Program-made: the position numbers and the translations under genes | In this document: piece by piece, positions 17,401 to 31,666 of the stretch | Layout: each line of letters starts with the position of its first letter | Numbering within the stretch: position 1 is the stretch's first letter | Notes under the pieces: generated by a model | What the model was told of the DNA's origin: nothing | Seen by the model: only the letters and a program-made list of their open reading frames with translations | Databases searched by the model: none | From: Eledone cirrhosa | Taxonomy: Eukaryota | Direction of reading: 5' to 3' | Length of the DNA: 64,000 nucleotides | NCBI GenBank assembly: GCA_964016885.1 | Contig: OZ024743.1 | Span: 258,416,001 to 258,480,000 of the forward strand

Positions 17401-20400
17401 ATCACTATTACAATTGTGATCAATATTACCATTGTCATCACTATTATCATTGTCATCACTATTATCATTGTCATCACTATTATCATTGTCATCACTATTA
17501 TCATTGTCATCACTATTACCATTGTCATCACTATTACCATCGTCATCATTATTATCATTGTCATCACTATTACCATTGTCATCACTATTACCATTGTCAT
17601 CACTATTATCATCGTCATGACTAATACCATTGTCATCACTATTATCATTGTCATCACTATTACCATCGCCATCACTATTACCATTGTCATCACTATTACC
17701 ATTGTCATCACTATTACCATTGTCATCACTATTATCATCGTCATCACTATTATCATTGTCATCACTATTACCATTGTCATCACTATTATCATCGTCATCA
17801 CTATTATCATTGTCATCACTATTACCATTGATATCACTATTACCATTGTCATCACTATTACCATTGTCATCACTATTATCATCGTCATCACTATTACCAT
17901 TGTCATCACTATTATCATTGTCATCACTATTACCATCGTCATTACTATTACCATTGTCATCACTATTATCATCGTCATCACTATTATCATTGTCATCACT
18001 ATTACCATTGTCATCACTATTACCATTGTCATCACTATTACCATTGTCATCACTATTCATTGTCATCACTATTACCATTGTCATCACTATTACCATTGTC
18101 ATCACTATTACCATTGTCATCACTATTCATTGTCATCACTATTACCATTGTCATCACTATTACCATTGGCATCACTATTACCATTGTCATCACTATTAAC
18201 ATCATCATCACTATTACCATTGTCATCACTATGACCATTGGCATCACTATTCATTGTCATCACTATTATCATTGTCATCACTATTACCATTGTCATCACT
18301 ATTCATTGTCATCACTATTACCATTGTCATCCCTATTACAATTGTCATCACTATTACCATTGTCATCACTATTATCATTGTCATCACTATTACCATTGTC
18401 ATCACTATTACCATTGTCATCACTATTACAATTGTCATCACTATTATCATTGTCATCACTATTACCATTGTCATCACTATTACCATCGTTATCACTATTA
18501 TCATTGTCATCACTATTACCATTGTCATCACTATTACCATTGTCATCACTATTATCATTGTCATCACTATTATCATTGTCATCACTATTATCATTGTCAT
18601 CACTATTATCAACGTCATGACTATTATCATCGTCATCACTATCACCATTGTCATCACTATTACCATTGTCATCACTATTATCATTGTCATCACTATTATC
18701 ATTGTCATTACTATTATCATTGTCATCACTATTACCATTGTCATCACTATTACCATTGTCATCACTAGTATCATTGTCATCACTATTACCATCGTCATCA
18801 CTATTATCATTGTCATCACTATTATCATTGTCATCACTATTACCATTGTCATCACTATTATCATTGTCATCACTATTATCATTGGCATCACTATTATCAT
18901 TGTCATCACTATTACCATTGTCATCACTATTATCATTGTCATCACTATTACCATTGTCATCACTATTATCATTGTCATCACTATTATCATTGTCATCACC
19001 ATTACCATTGTCATCACTATTATCATTGTCATCACTATTATCATTGTCATCACTATTACCATTGTCATCACTATTATCATTGTCATCACTATTACCATCG
19101 TCATCACTATTATCATTGTCATCACTATTTCCATTGTCATCACTATTATCATCGTCATGACTATTACCATTGTCATCACTATTATCATCGTCATCACTAT
19201 TACCATTGTCATCACTATTATCATCGTCATGGCTATTACCATTGTCATCACTATTATCATCGTCATGACTATTACCATTGTCATCACTATTATCATTGTC
19301 ATCACTATTACCATTGTCATCACTATTACCATTGTCATCACTATTACCATTGTCATCACTATTATCATCGTCATGACTATTACCATTGTCATCACTAATA
19401 CCATCGTCATCACTATTACCATTGTCATCACTATTATCATCGTCATGACTATTATCATTGTCATGACTATTACCATTGTCATCACTAGTATCATTGTCAT
19501 CACTATTACCATCGTCATCACTATTATCATTGTCATCACTATTATCATTGTCATCACTATTACCATTGTCATCACTATTATCATTGTCATCACTATTACC
19601 ATTGTCATCACTATTATCATCGTCATGACTATTATTATTGTCATCACTATTACCATTGTCATCACTATTACCATTGTCATCACTATTATCATCGTCATGA
19701 CTATTACCATTGTCATCACTATTATCATTGTCATCACTATTACCATTGTCATCACTATTCATCGTCATCACTATTACCATTGTCATCCCTATTACCATTG
19801 TCATTACTATTATCATTGTCATCACTATTATCATCGTCATCACTATTACCATTGTCATCACTATTATCATTGTCATCACTATTACCATTTTCATCACTAT
19901 TCATTGTCATCACTATTACCATTGTCATCACTATTACCGTTGTCCTCACTATTACCATTGTCATCACTATTACCATTGTCATCACTATTACCATCGTCAT
20001 CACTATTATTATTGTCATCACTATTACCATTGTCATCACTATTACCATTGTCATCACTATTACCATTGTCATCACTATTATCATTGTCATCACTATTACA
20101 ATTGTGATCACTATTACCATTGTCATCACTATTATCATTGTCATCACTATTATCATTGTCATCACTATTACCATTGTCATCACTATTACCATTGTCATCA
20201 CTATTATCATTGTCATCACTATTACCATTGTCATCACTATTCATCGTCATCACTATTACCATTGTCATCACTATTACCATTGTCATCACTATTCATTGTC
20301 ATCACTATTACCATTGTCATCCCTATTACCATTGTCATTACTATTATCATTGTCATCACTATTATCATCGTCATCACTATTACCATTGTCATCACTATTA

Positions 20401-23400
20401 TCATTGTCATCACTATTACCATTTTCATCACTATTCATTGTCATCACTATTACCATTGTCATCACTATTACCATTGTCATCACTATTACCATTGTCATCA
20501 CTATTACCATTGTCATCACTATTATCATCGTCATCACTATTATCATTGTCATCACTATTACCATTGTCATCACTATTACCATTGTCATCACTATTACCAT
20601 TGTCATCACTATACATTGTCATCACTATTACCATTGTCATCACTATTACCATTGTCATCACTATTACCATTGTCATCACTATTCATTGTCATCACTATTA
20701 CCATTGTCATCACTATTACCATTGTCATCACTATTACCATTGTCATCACTATTAACATCATCATCACTATTACCATTGTCATCACTATTACCATTGGCAT
20801 CACTATTCATTGTCATCACTATTATCATTGTCATCACTATTACCATTGTCATCACTATTCATTGTCATCACTATTACCATTGTCATCCCTATTACAATTG
20901 TCATCACTATTACCATTGTCATCACTATTATCATTGTCATCACTATTACCATTGTCATCACTATTACCATTGTCATCACTATTACAATTGTCATCACTAT
21001 TACCATTGTCATCACTATTACCATTGTCATCACTATTACCATTGTCATCACTATTATCATTGTCATCACTATTACCATTGTCATCACTATTACCATCGTT
21101 ATCACTATTATCATTGTCATCACTATTACCATTGTCATCACTATTACCATTGTCATCACTATTATCATTGTCATCACTATTATCATTGTCATCACTATTA
21201 TCATTGTCATCACTATTATCAACGTCATGACTATTATCATCGTCATCACTATCACCATTGTCATCACTATTACCATTGTCATCACTATTATCATTGTCAT
21301 CACTATTATCATTGTCATCACTATTATCATTGTCATCACTATTACCATTGTCATCACTATTACCATTGTCATCACTAGTATCATTGTCATCACTATTACC
21401 ATCGTCATCACTATTATCATTGTCATCACTATTATCATTGTCATCACTATTACCATTGTCATCACTATTATCATTGTCATCACTATTATCATTGGCATCA
21501 CTATTACCATTGTCATCACTATTCATTGTCATCACTATTACCATTGTCATCACTATTACCATTGTCATCACTATTACCATTGTCATCACTATTAACATCA
21601 TCATCACTATTACCATTGTCATCACTATTACCATTGGCATCACTATTCATTGTCATCACTATTACCATTGTCATCACTATTATCATTGTCATCACTATTA
21701 CCATCGTCATCACTATTATCATTGTCATCACTATTTCCATTGTCATCACTATTATCATCGTCATGACTATTACCATTGTCATCACTATTATCATTGTCAT
21801 CACTATTACCATTGTCATCACTATTATCATCGTCATGGCTATTACCATTGTCATCACTATTATCATCGTCATGACTATTACCATTGTCATCACTATTATC
21901 ATTGTCATCACTATTACCATTGTCATCACTATTACCATTGTCATCACTATTACCATTGTCATCACTATTATCATCGTCATGACTATTACCATTGTCATCA
22001 CTAATACCATTGTCATCACTATTACCATTGTCATCACTATTATCATCGTCATCACTATTACCATTGTCATCACTATTACCATTGTCATCACTATTATCAT
22101 CGTCATCACTATTATCATTGTCATCACTACTACCATTGTCATCACTATTACCATTGTCATCACTATTATCATCGTCATGACTATTATCATTGTCATGACT
22201 ATTACCATTGTCATCACTAGTATCATTGTCATCACTATTACCATCGTCATCACTATTATCATTGTCATCACTATTATCATTGTCATCACTATTACCATTG
22301 TCATCACTATTATCATTGTCATCACTATTACCATTGTCATCACTATTATCATCGTCATGACTATTATTATTGTCATCACTATTACCATTGTCATCACTAT
22401 TACCATTGTCATCACTATTATCATCGTCATGACTATTACCATTGTCATCACTATTATCATTGTCATCACTATTACCATTGTCATCACTATTCATCGTCAT
22501 CACTATTACCATTGTCATCCCTATTACCATTGTCATTACTATTATCATTGTCATCACTATTATCATCGTCATCACTATTACCATTGTCATCACTATTATC
22601 ATTGTCATCACTATTACCATTTTCATCACTATTCATTGTCATCACTATTACCATTGTCATCACTATTACCGTTGTCCTCACTATTACCATTGTCATCACT
22701 ATTACCATTGTCATCACTATTACCATCGTCATCACTATTATTATTGTCATCACTATTACCATTGTCATCACTATTACCATTGTCATCACTATTACCATTG
22801 TCATCACTATTATCATTGTCATCACTATTACAATTGTGATCACTATTACCATTGTCATCACTATTATCATTGTCATCACTATTATCATTGTCATCACTAT
22901 TACCATTGTCATCACTATTACCATTGTCATCACTATTATCATTGTCATCACTATTACCATTGTCATCACTATTCATCGTCATCACTATTACCATTGTCAT
23001 CACTATTACCATTGTCATCACTATTCATTGTCATCACTATTACCATTGTCATCCCTATTACCATTGTCATTACTATTATCATTGTCATCACTATTATCAT
23101 CGTCATCACTATTACCATTGTCATCACTATTATCATTGTCATCACTATTACCATTTTCATCACTATTCATTGTCATCACTATTACCATTGTCATCACTAT
23201 TACCATTGTCATCACTATTACCATTGTCATCACTATTACCATTGTCATCACTATTACTATCGTCATCACTATTATCATTGTCATCACTATTACCATTGTC
23301 ATCACTATTACCATTGTCATCACTATTACCATTGTCATCACTATTATCATTGTCATCACTATTACAATTGTGATCACTATCACTATTATCATTGTCATCA

Positions 23401-26250
23401 CTATTATCATTGTCATCACTATTACCATTGTCATCACTATTACCATTGTCATCACTATTATCATTGTCATCACTATTATCATTGTCATCACTATTATCAT
23501 TGTCATCACTATTATCATTGTCATCACTATTATCAACGTCATGACTATTATCATCGTCATCACTATTACCATTGTCATCAATATTACCATTGTCATCACT
23601 ATTATCATTGTCAACACTATTATCATTGTCATCACTATTATCATTGTCATCACTATTACCATTGTCATCACTATTATCATTGTCATCACTATTACAATTG
23701 TGATCACTATTACCATTGTCATCACTATTATCATTGTCATCACTATTATCATTGTCATCACTATTACCATTGTCATCACTATTACCATTGTCATCACTAT
23801 TACCATCGTCATCACTATTATCATTGTCATCACTATTATCATTGTCATCACAATTCTCATTGTCATCACTATTATCATTGTCATCACTATTACCATTGTC
23901 ATCACTATTACCATCGTCATCACTATTATCATTGTCATCACTATTACCATTGTCATCACTATTATCATTGTCATCACTATTACCATCGTCATCACTATTA
24001 CCATTGTCATCACTATTACCATTGTCATCACTATTACCATTGTCATCACTATTACCATCGTCATCACTATTATCATTGTCATCACTATTACCATTGTCAT
24101 CACTATTACCATTGTCATCACTACCATTGTCATCACTATTATCATTGTCATCACTATTACCATCGTCATCACTATTATCATTGTCATCACTATTACCATC
24201 GTCATCACTATTCTCATTGTCATCACTATTACCATTGTCATCACTATTATCATTGTCATCACTATTATCATTGTCATCACTATTACCATTGTCATCACTA
24301 TTACCATTGTCATCACTATTACCATCGTCATCACTATTATCATTGTCATCACTATTATCATTGTCATCACTATTATCATTGTCATCACTATTATCATTGT
24401 CATCACTATTACCATTGTCATCACTATTACCATCGTCATCACTATTATCATTGTCATCACTATTACCATTGTCATCACTATTACCATTGTCATCACTATT
24501 ACCATTGTCATCATTATTACCATCGTCATCACTATTATCATTGTCATCACTATTCTCATTGTCATCACTATTACCATCGTCATCACTATTACCATCGTCA
24601 TCACTATTACCATCGTCATCACTATTATCATTGTCATCACTATTACCATTGTCATCACTATTATCATTGTCATCACTATCATCATTGTCATCACTATTAC
24701 CATTGTCATCACTATTACCATTGTCATCACTATTACCATTGTCATCACTATTACCATCGTCATCACTATTATCATTGTCATCACTATTACCATTGTCATC
24801 ACTATTACCATTGTCATCACTATCATCATTGTCATCACTATTACCATCGTCATCACTATTATCATTGTCATCACTATTACCATTGTCATCACTATTACCA
24901 TTGTCATCACTATTACCATTGTCATCACTATTACCATCGTCATCACTATTATCATTGTCATCACTATTACCATCGTCATCACTATTACCATTGTCATCAC
25001 TATTATCATTGTCATCACTATTACCATTGTCATCACTATTACCATTGTCATCACTATTATCATCGTCATCACTATTATCATTGTCATCACTATTACCATT
25101 GTCATCACTATTACCATTGTCATCACTATTACCATTGTCATCACTATTATCATTGTCATCACTATTACCATTGTCATCACTATTATCATTGTCATCACTA
25201 TTACCATCGTCATCACTATTACCATTGTCATCACTATTTTCATTGTTATCACTATTATCATCGTCATCACTATTATCATTGTCATCACTATTACCATCGT
25301 CATCACTATTATCATTGTCATCACTATTACCATTGTCATCACTATTACCATTGTCATCACTATTATCATTGTCATCACTATTAACATTGTCATCACTATT
25401 ATCATTGTCATCACTATTACCATTGTCATCACTATTACCATTGTCATCACTATTACCATTGTCATCACTATTCATTGTCATCACTATTACCATTGTCATC
25501 ACTATTATCATTGTCATCACTATTATCATCGTCATGACTATTACCATTGTCATCACTATTACCATTGTCATCACTATTACCATTGTCATCACTATTATCA
25601 TTGTCATCACTATTATCATTGTCATCACTAGTATCATTGTCATCACTATTACCATCGTCATCACTATTATCATTGGCATCACTATTATCATTGTCATCAC
25701 TATTATCATTGTCATCACTATTAGCATTGTCTTCACTATTATCATTGTCATCACTATTATCATTGTCATCACTATTATCATTGTCATCACTATTACCATT
25801 GTCATCACTATTACCATCGTCATCACTATTATCATTGTCATCACTATTACCATTGTCATCACTATTATCATTGTCATCACTATTGTCATTATCACCATTA
25901 TTACCATTGTCATCACTATTACCATTGTCATCACTATTACCATTGTCATCACTATTCATTGTCATCACTATTACCATTGTCATCACTATTATCATTGTCA
26001 TCACTATTCATTGTCATCACTATTACCATTGTCATCACTATTACCATTGTCATCACTATTAACATCATCATCACTATTACGATTGTCATCACTATTACCA
26101 TTGTCATCACTATTCATTGTCATCACTATTATCATCGTCATCACTATTACCATTGTCATCACTATTATCATCGTCATCACTATTACCATTGTCATCACTA
26201 TTATCATCGTCATCACTATTACCATCGTCATCACTATTACCATTGTCATC
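7586..26250. repeat. ~9.3-kb tandem higher-order duplication (7586-16975 and 16975-~26250)
   Basis: Collinear landmarks with offsets 9389 (7586/16975), 9371 (8876/18247), 9245 (10510/19755), 9241 (13246/22487), 9295 (16173/25468) and 9277 (16727/26004). Shared rare variants include CACAATTCTC, the 15-bp monomer, TAGCATTGTCTTC and TTGTCATTATCACCATT. Confidence 0.92.
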
Positions 26251-26924
26251 ACTATTCATTGTCATCACTATTATCATTGTCATCACTATTCATTGTCATC
26301 ACTATTACCATTGTCATCACTATTATCAGTCATCACTATTTACCATTGTCATCACTATTACCATTGTCATCACTATTATCATTGTCATCATTATTACCAT
26401 TGTCATCACTATTACCATTGTCATCACTATTACAATTGTCATCACTATTACCATTGTCATCACTATTATCATTGTCATCACTATTACCATTGTCATCACT
26501 ATTACCATTGTCATCACTATTATCATTGTCATCACTATTATCATTGTCATCACTATTACCATTGTCATCACTATTATCATTGTCATCACTATTATCATTG
26601 TCATCACTATTACCATTGTCATCACTATTACCATCGTCATCACTATTATCATTGTCATCACTATTATCATTGTCATCACTATTACCATTGTCATTACTAT
26701 TATCATTGTCATCACTATTATCATTGTCATCACTATTACCATTGTCATCACTATTATCATTGTCATCACTATTACCATTGTCATCACTATTATCATTATC
26801 ATCACTATTACCATTGTCATCACTATTATCATTGTCATCACTATTACCATCCTCATCACTATTATCATTGTCATCACTATTACCATTGTCATCACTATTA
26901 TCATTGTCATCACTATTACCATCG

Positions 26925-29900
26925 TCATCACTATTATCATTGTCATCACTATTACCATTGTCATCACTATTACCATTGTCATCACTATTATCATCGTCAT
27001 GACTATTACCATTGTCATCACTATTATCATTGTCATCACTATTACCATCGTCATCACTATTACCATTGTCATCACTATTAACATTGTCATCACTATTACC
27101 ATTGTCATCACTATTATCATCGTCATCACTATTACCATTGTCATCACTATTCATTGTCATCAATATTACCATTGTCATCACTATTACCATCGTCATCACT
27201 ATTACCATTGTCATCACTATTACCATTGTCATCACTATTACCATTGTCATCACTATTATCATCGTCATCACTATTACCATTGTCATCACTATTCATTGTC
27301 ATCAATATTACCATTGTCATCACTATTACCATTGTCATCACTATTACCATTGTCATCACTATTAACATCATCATCACTATTACGATTGTCATCACTATTA
27401 CCATTGTCATCACTATTCATTGTCATCACTATTATCATTGTCATCACTATTACCATTGTCATCACTATTCATTGTCATCACTATTACCATTGTCATCCCT
27501 ATTACCATTGTCATCACAACTATCATTGTCATCACTATTATCATTGTCATCACTATTACCATTGTCATCACTATTCATGGTCATCACTATTACCATTGTC
27601 ATCCCTATTACCATTGTCATCACAACTATCATTGTCATCACTATTATCATTGTCATCACTATTACCATTGTCATCACTATTATTATTGTCATCACTATTA
27701 CCATTGTCATCACTATTCATTGTCATCACTATTACCATTGTCATCCCTATTACAATTGTCATCACTATTACCATCGTCATCACTATTATCATTGTCATCA
27801 CTATTACCATTGTCATCACTATTATCATTGTCATCAGTATTACCATTGTCATCACTATTATCATTGTCATCACTATTACCATTGTCATCACTATTACCAT
27901 TGTCATCACTATTATCATTGTCATCAGTATTACCATTGTCATCACTATTATCATTGTCATCACTATTACCATTGTCATCACTATTACCATTGTCATCACT
28001 ATTACCATTGTCATCACTATTATCATCGTCATCACTATTACCATTGTCATCACTATTATCGTCGTCATGACTATTACCATTGTCATCATTATTACCATTT
28101 TCATCACTATTACCATTGTCATCACTATTACAATTGTCATCACTATTACCATTGTCATCACTATTATCATTGTCATCACTATTACAATTGTCATCACTAT
28201 TACCATTGTCATCACTATTACCATTGTCATCACTATTATCATTGTCATCACTATTATCATTGTCATCACTATTACCATTGTCATCACTATTATCATTGTC
28301 ATCACTATTACCATTGTCATCACTATTACCATTGTCATCACTATTACCATCGTCATCACTATTATCATTGTCATCACTATTATCATTGTCATCACTATTA
28401 CCATTGTCATTACTATTATCATTGTCATCACTATTATCATTGTCATCACTATTACCATTGTCATCACTATTATCATTGTCATCACTATTACCATTTTCAT
28501 CACTATTATCATTGTCATCACTATTACCATTGTCATCACTATTATCATTGTCATCACTATTACCATCGTCATCACTATTATCATTGTCATCACTATTACC
28601 ATTGTCATCACTATTATCCTTGTCATCACTATTACCATCGTCATCACTATTATCATTGTCATCACTATTACCATTGTCATCACTATTACCATTGTCATCA
28701 CTATTATCATCGTCATGACTATTACCATTGTCATCACTATTATCATTGTCATCACTATTACCATCGTCATCACTATTACCATTGTCATCACTATTACCAT
28801 TGTCATCACTATTATCATCGTCATCACTATTATCATTGTCATCACTATTACCATTGTCAACACTATTAGCATTGTCATCACTATTACCATTGTCATCGCT
28901 ATTACCATTGTCATCACTATTACCATTGTCATCACTATTCATTGTCATCACTATTACCATTGTCATCAATATTACCATTGTCATCACTATTCCCATTGTC
29001 ATCACTATTCATTGTCATCAATATTACCATTGTCATCACTATTACCATTGTCATCACTATTACCATTGTCATCACTATTAACATCATCATCACTATTACC
29101 ATTGTCATCACTATTACCATTGTCATCACTATTCATTGTCATCACTATTATCATTGTCATCACTATTACTATTGTCATCACTATTCATTGTCATCACTAT
29201 TACCATTGTCATCCCTATTACCATTGTCATCACAATTATCATTGTCATCACTATTATCATTGTCATCACTATTACCATTGTCATCACTATTACCATCCTC
29301 ATCACTATTATCATTGTCATCACTATTACCATTGTCATCACTATTACCATTGTCATCACTATTATCATCGTCATGACTATTACCATTGTCATCACTATTA
29401 TCATTGTCATCACTATTACCATCGTCATCACTATTACCATTGTCATCACTATTAACATTGTCATCACTATTACCATTGTCATCACTATTATCATCGTCAT
29501 CACTATTACCATTGTCATCACTATTCATTGTCATCAATATTACCATTGTCATCACTATTACCATCGTCATCACTATTACCATTGTCATCACTATTACCAT
29601 TGTCATCACTATTACCATTGTCATCACTATTATCATCGTCATCACTATTACCATTGTCATCACTATTCATTGTCATCAATATTACCATTGTCATCACTAT
29701 TACCATTGTCATCACTATTACCATTGTCATCACTATTAACATCATCATCACTATTACGATTGTCATCACTATTACCATTGTCATCACTATTCATTGTCAT
29801 CACTATTATCATTGTCATCACTATTACCATTGTCATCACTATTCATTGTCATCACTATTACCATTGTCATCCCTATTACCATTGTCATCACAACTATCAT

Positions 29901-31666
29901 TGTCATCACTATTATCATTGTCATCACTATTACCATTGTCATCACTATTCATGGTCATCACTATTACCATTGTCATCCCTATTACCATTGTCATCACAAC
30001 TATCATTGTCATCACTATTATCATTGTCATCACTATTACCATTGTCATCACTATTATTATTGTCATCACTATTACCATTGTCATCACTATTCATTGTCAT
30101 CACTATTACCATTGTCATCCCTATTACAATTGTCATCACTATTACCATCGTCATCACTATTATCATTGTCATCACTATTACCATTGTCATCACTATTATC
30201 ATTGTCATCAGTATTACCATTGTCATCACTATTATCATTGTCATCACTATTACCATTGTCATCACTATTACCATTGTCATCACTATTATCATTGTCATCA
30301 GTATTACCATTGTCATCACTATTATCATTGTCATCACTATTACCATTGTCATCACTATTACCATTGTCATCACTATTACCATTGTCATCACTATTATCAT
30401 CGTCATCACTATTACCATTGTCATCACTATTATCGTCGTCATGACTATTACCATTGTCATCATTATTACCATTTTCATCACTATTACCATTGTCATCACT
30501 ATTACAATTGTCATCACTATTACCATTGTCATCACTATTATCATTGTCATCACTATTACAATTGTCATCACTATTACCATTGTCATCACTATTACCATTG
30601 TCATCACTATTATCATTGTCATCACTATTATCATTGTCATCACTATTACCATTGTCATCACTATTATCATTGTCATCACTATTACCATTGTCATCACTAT
30701 TACCATTGTCATCACTATTACCATCGTCATCACTATTATCATTGTCATCACTATTATCATTGTCATCACTATTACCATTGTCATTACTATTATCATTGTC
30801 ATCACTATTATCATTGTCATCACTATTACCATTGTCATCACTATTATCATTGTCATCACTATTACCATTTTCATCACTATTATCATTGTCATCACTATTA
30901 CCATTGTCATCACTATTATCATTGTCATCACTATTACCATCGTCATCACTATTATCATTGTCATCACTATTACCATTGTCATCACTATTATCCTTGTCAT
31001 CACTATTACCATCGTCATCACTATTATCATTGTCATCACTATTACCATTGTCATCACTATTACCATTGTCATCACTATTATCATCGTCATGACTATTACC
31101 ATTGTCATCACTATTATCATTGTCATCACTATTACCATCGTCATCACTATTACCATTGTCATCACTATTACCATTGTCATCACTATTATCATCGTCATCA
31201 CTATTATCATTGTCATCACTATTACCATTGTCAACACTATTAGCATTGTCATCACTATTACCATTGTCATCGCTATTACCATTGTCATCACTATTACCAT
31301 TGTCATCACTATTCATTGTCATCACTATTACCATTGTCATCAATATTACCATTGTCATCACTATTCCCATTGTCATCACTATTCATTGTCATCAATATTA
31401 CCATTGTCATCACTATTACCATTGTCATCACTATTACCATTGTCATCACTATTAACATCATCATCACTATTACCATTGTCATCACTATTACCATTGTCAT
31501 CACTATTCATTGTCATCACTATTATCATTGTCATCACTATTACTATTGTCATCACTATTCATTGTCATCACTATTACCATTGTCATCCCTATTACCATTG
31601 TCATCACAATTATCATTGTCATCACTATTATCATTGTCATCACTATTACCATTGTCATCACTATTA
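26925..31666. repeat. Apparently perfect 2,374-bp tandem duplication (~26925-29292 and ~29299-31666)
   Basis: All landmarks are offset by exactly 2374 (27012/29386, 27147/29521, 27713/30087, 28935/31309, 29129/31503). Corresponding pseudo-ORF translations read identically. Confidence 0.93.

Larger units (their letters stand above)
1..26250. repeat. Satellite sub-family domain L (left)
   Basis: Variants I find only here: ACCGTTGTCCTC (~421, 3191, 10691, 13427, 19936, 22668), ATTGGCATC (last ~25672), GTCATGGCT, TTGTGATC (last ~23700), ATCGTTATC, ATTGATATC, CACTAATACC. Confidence 0.85.
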
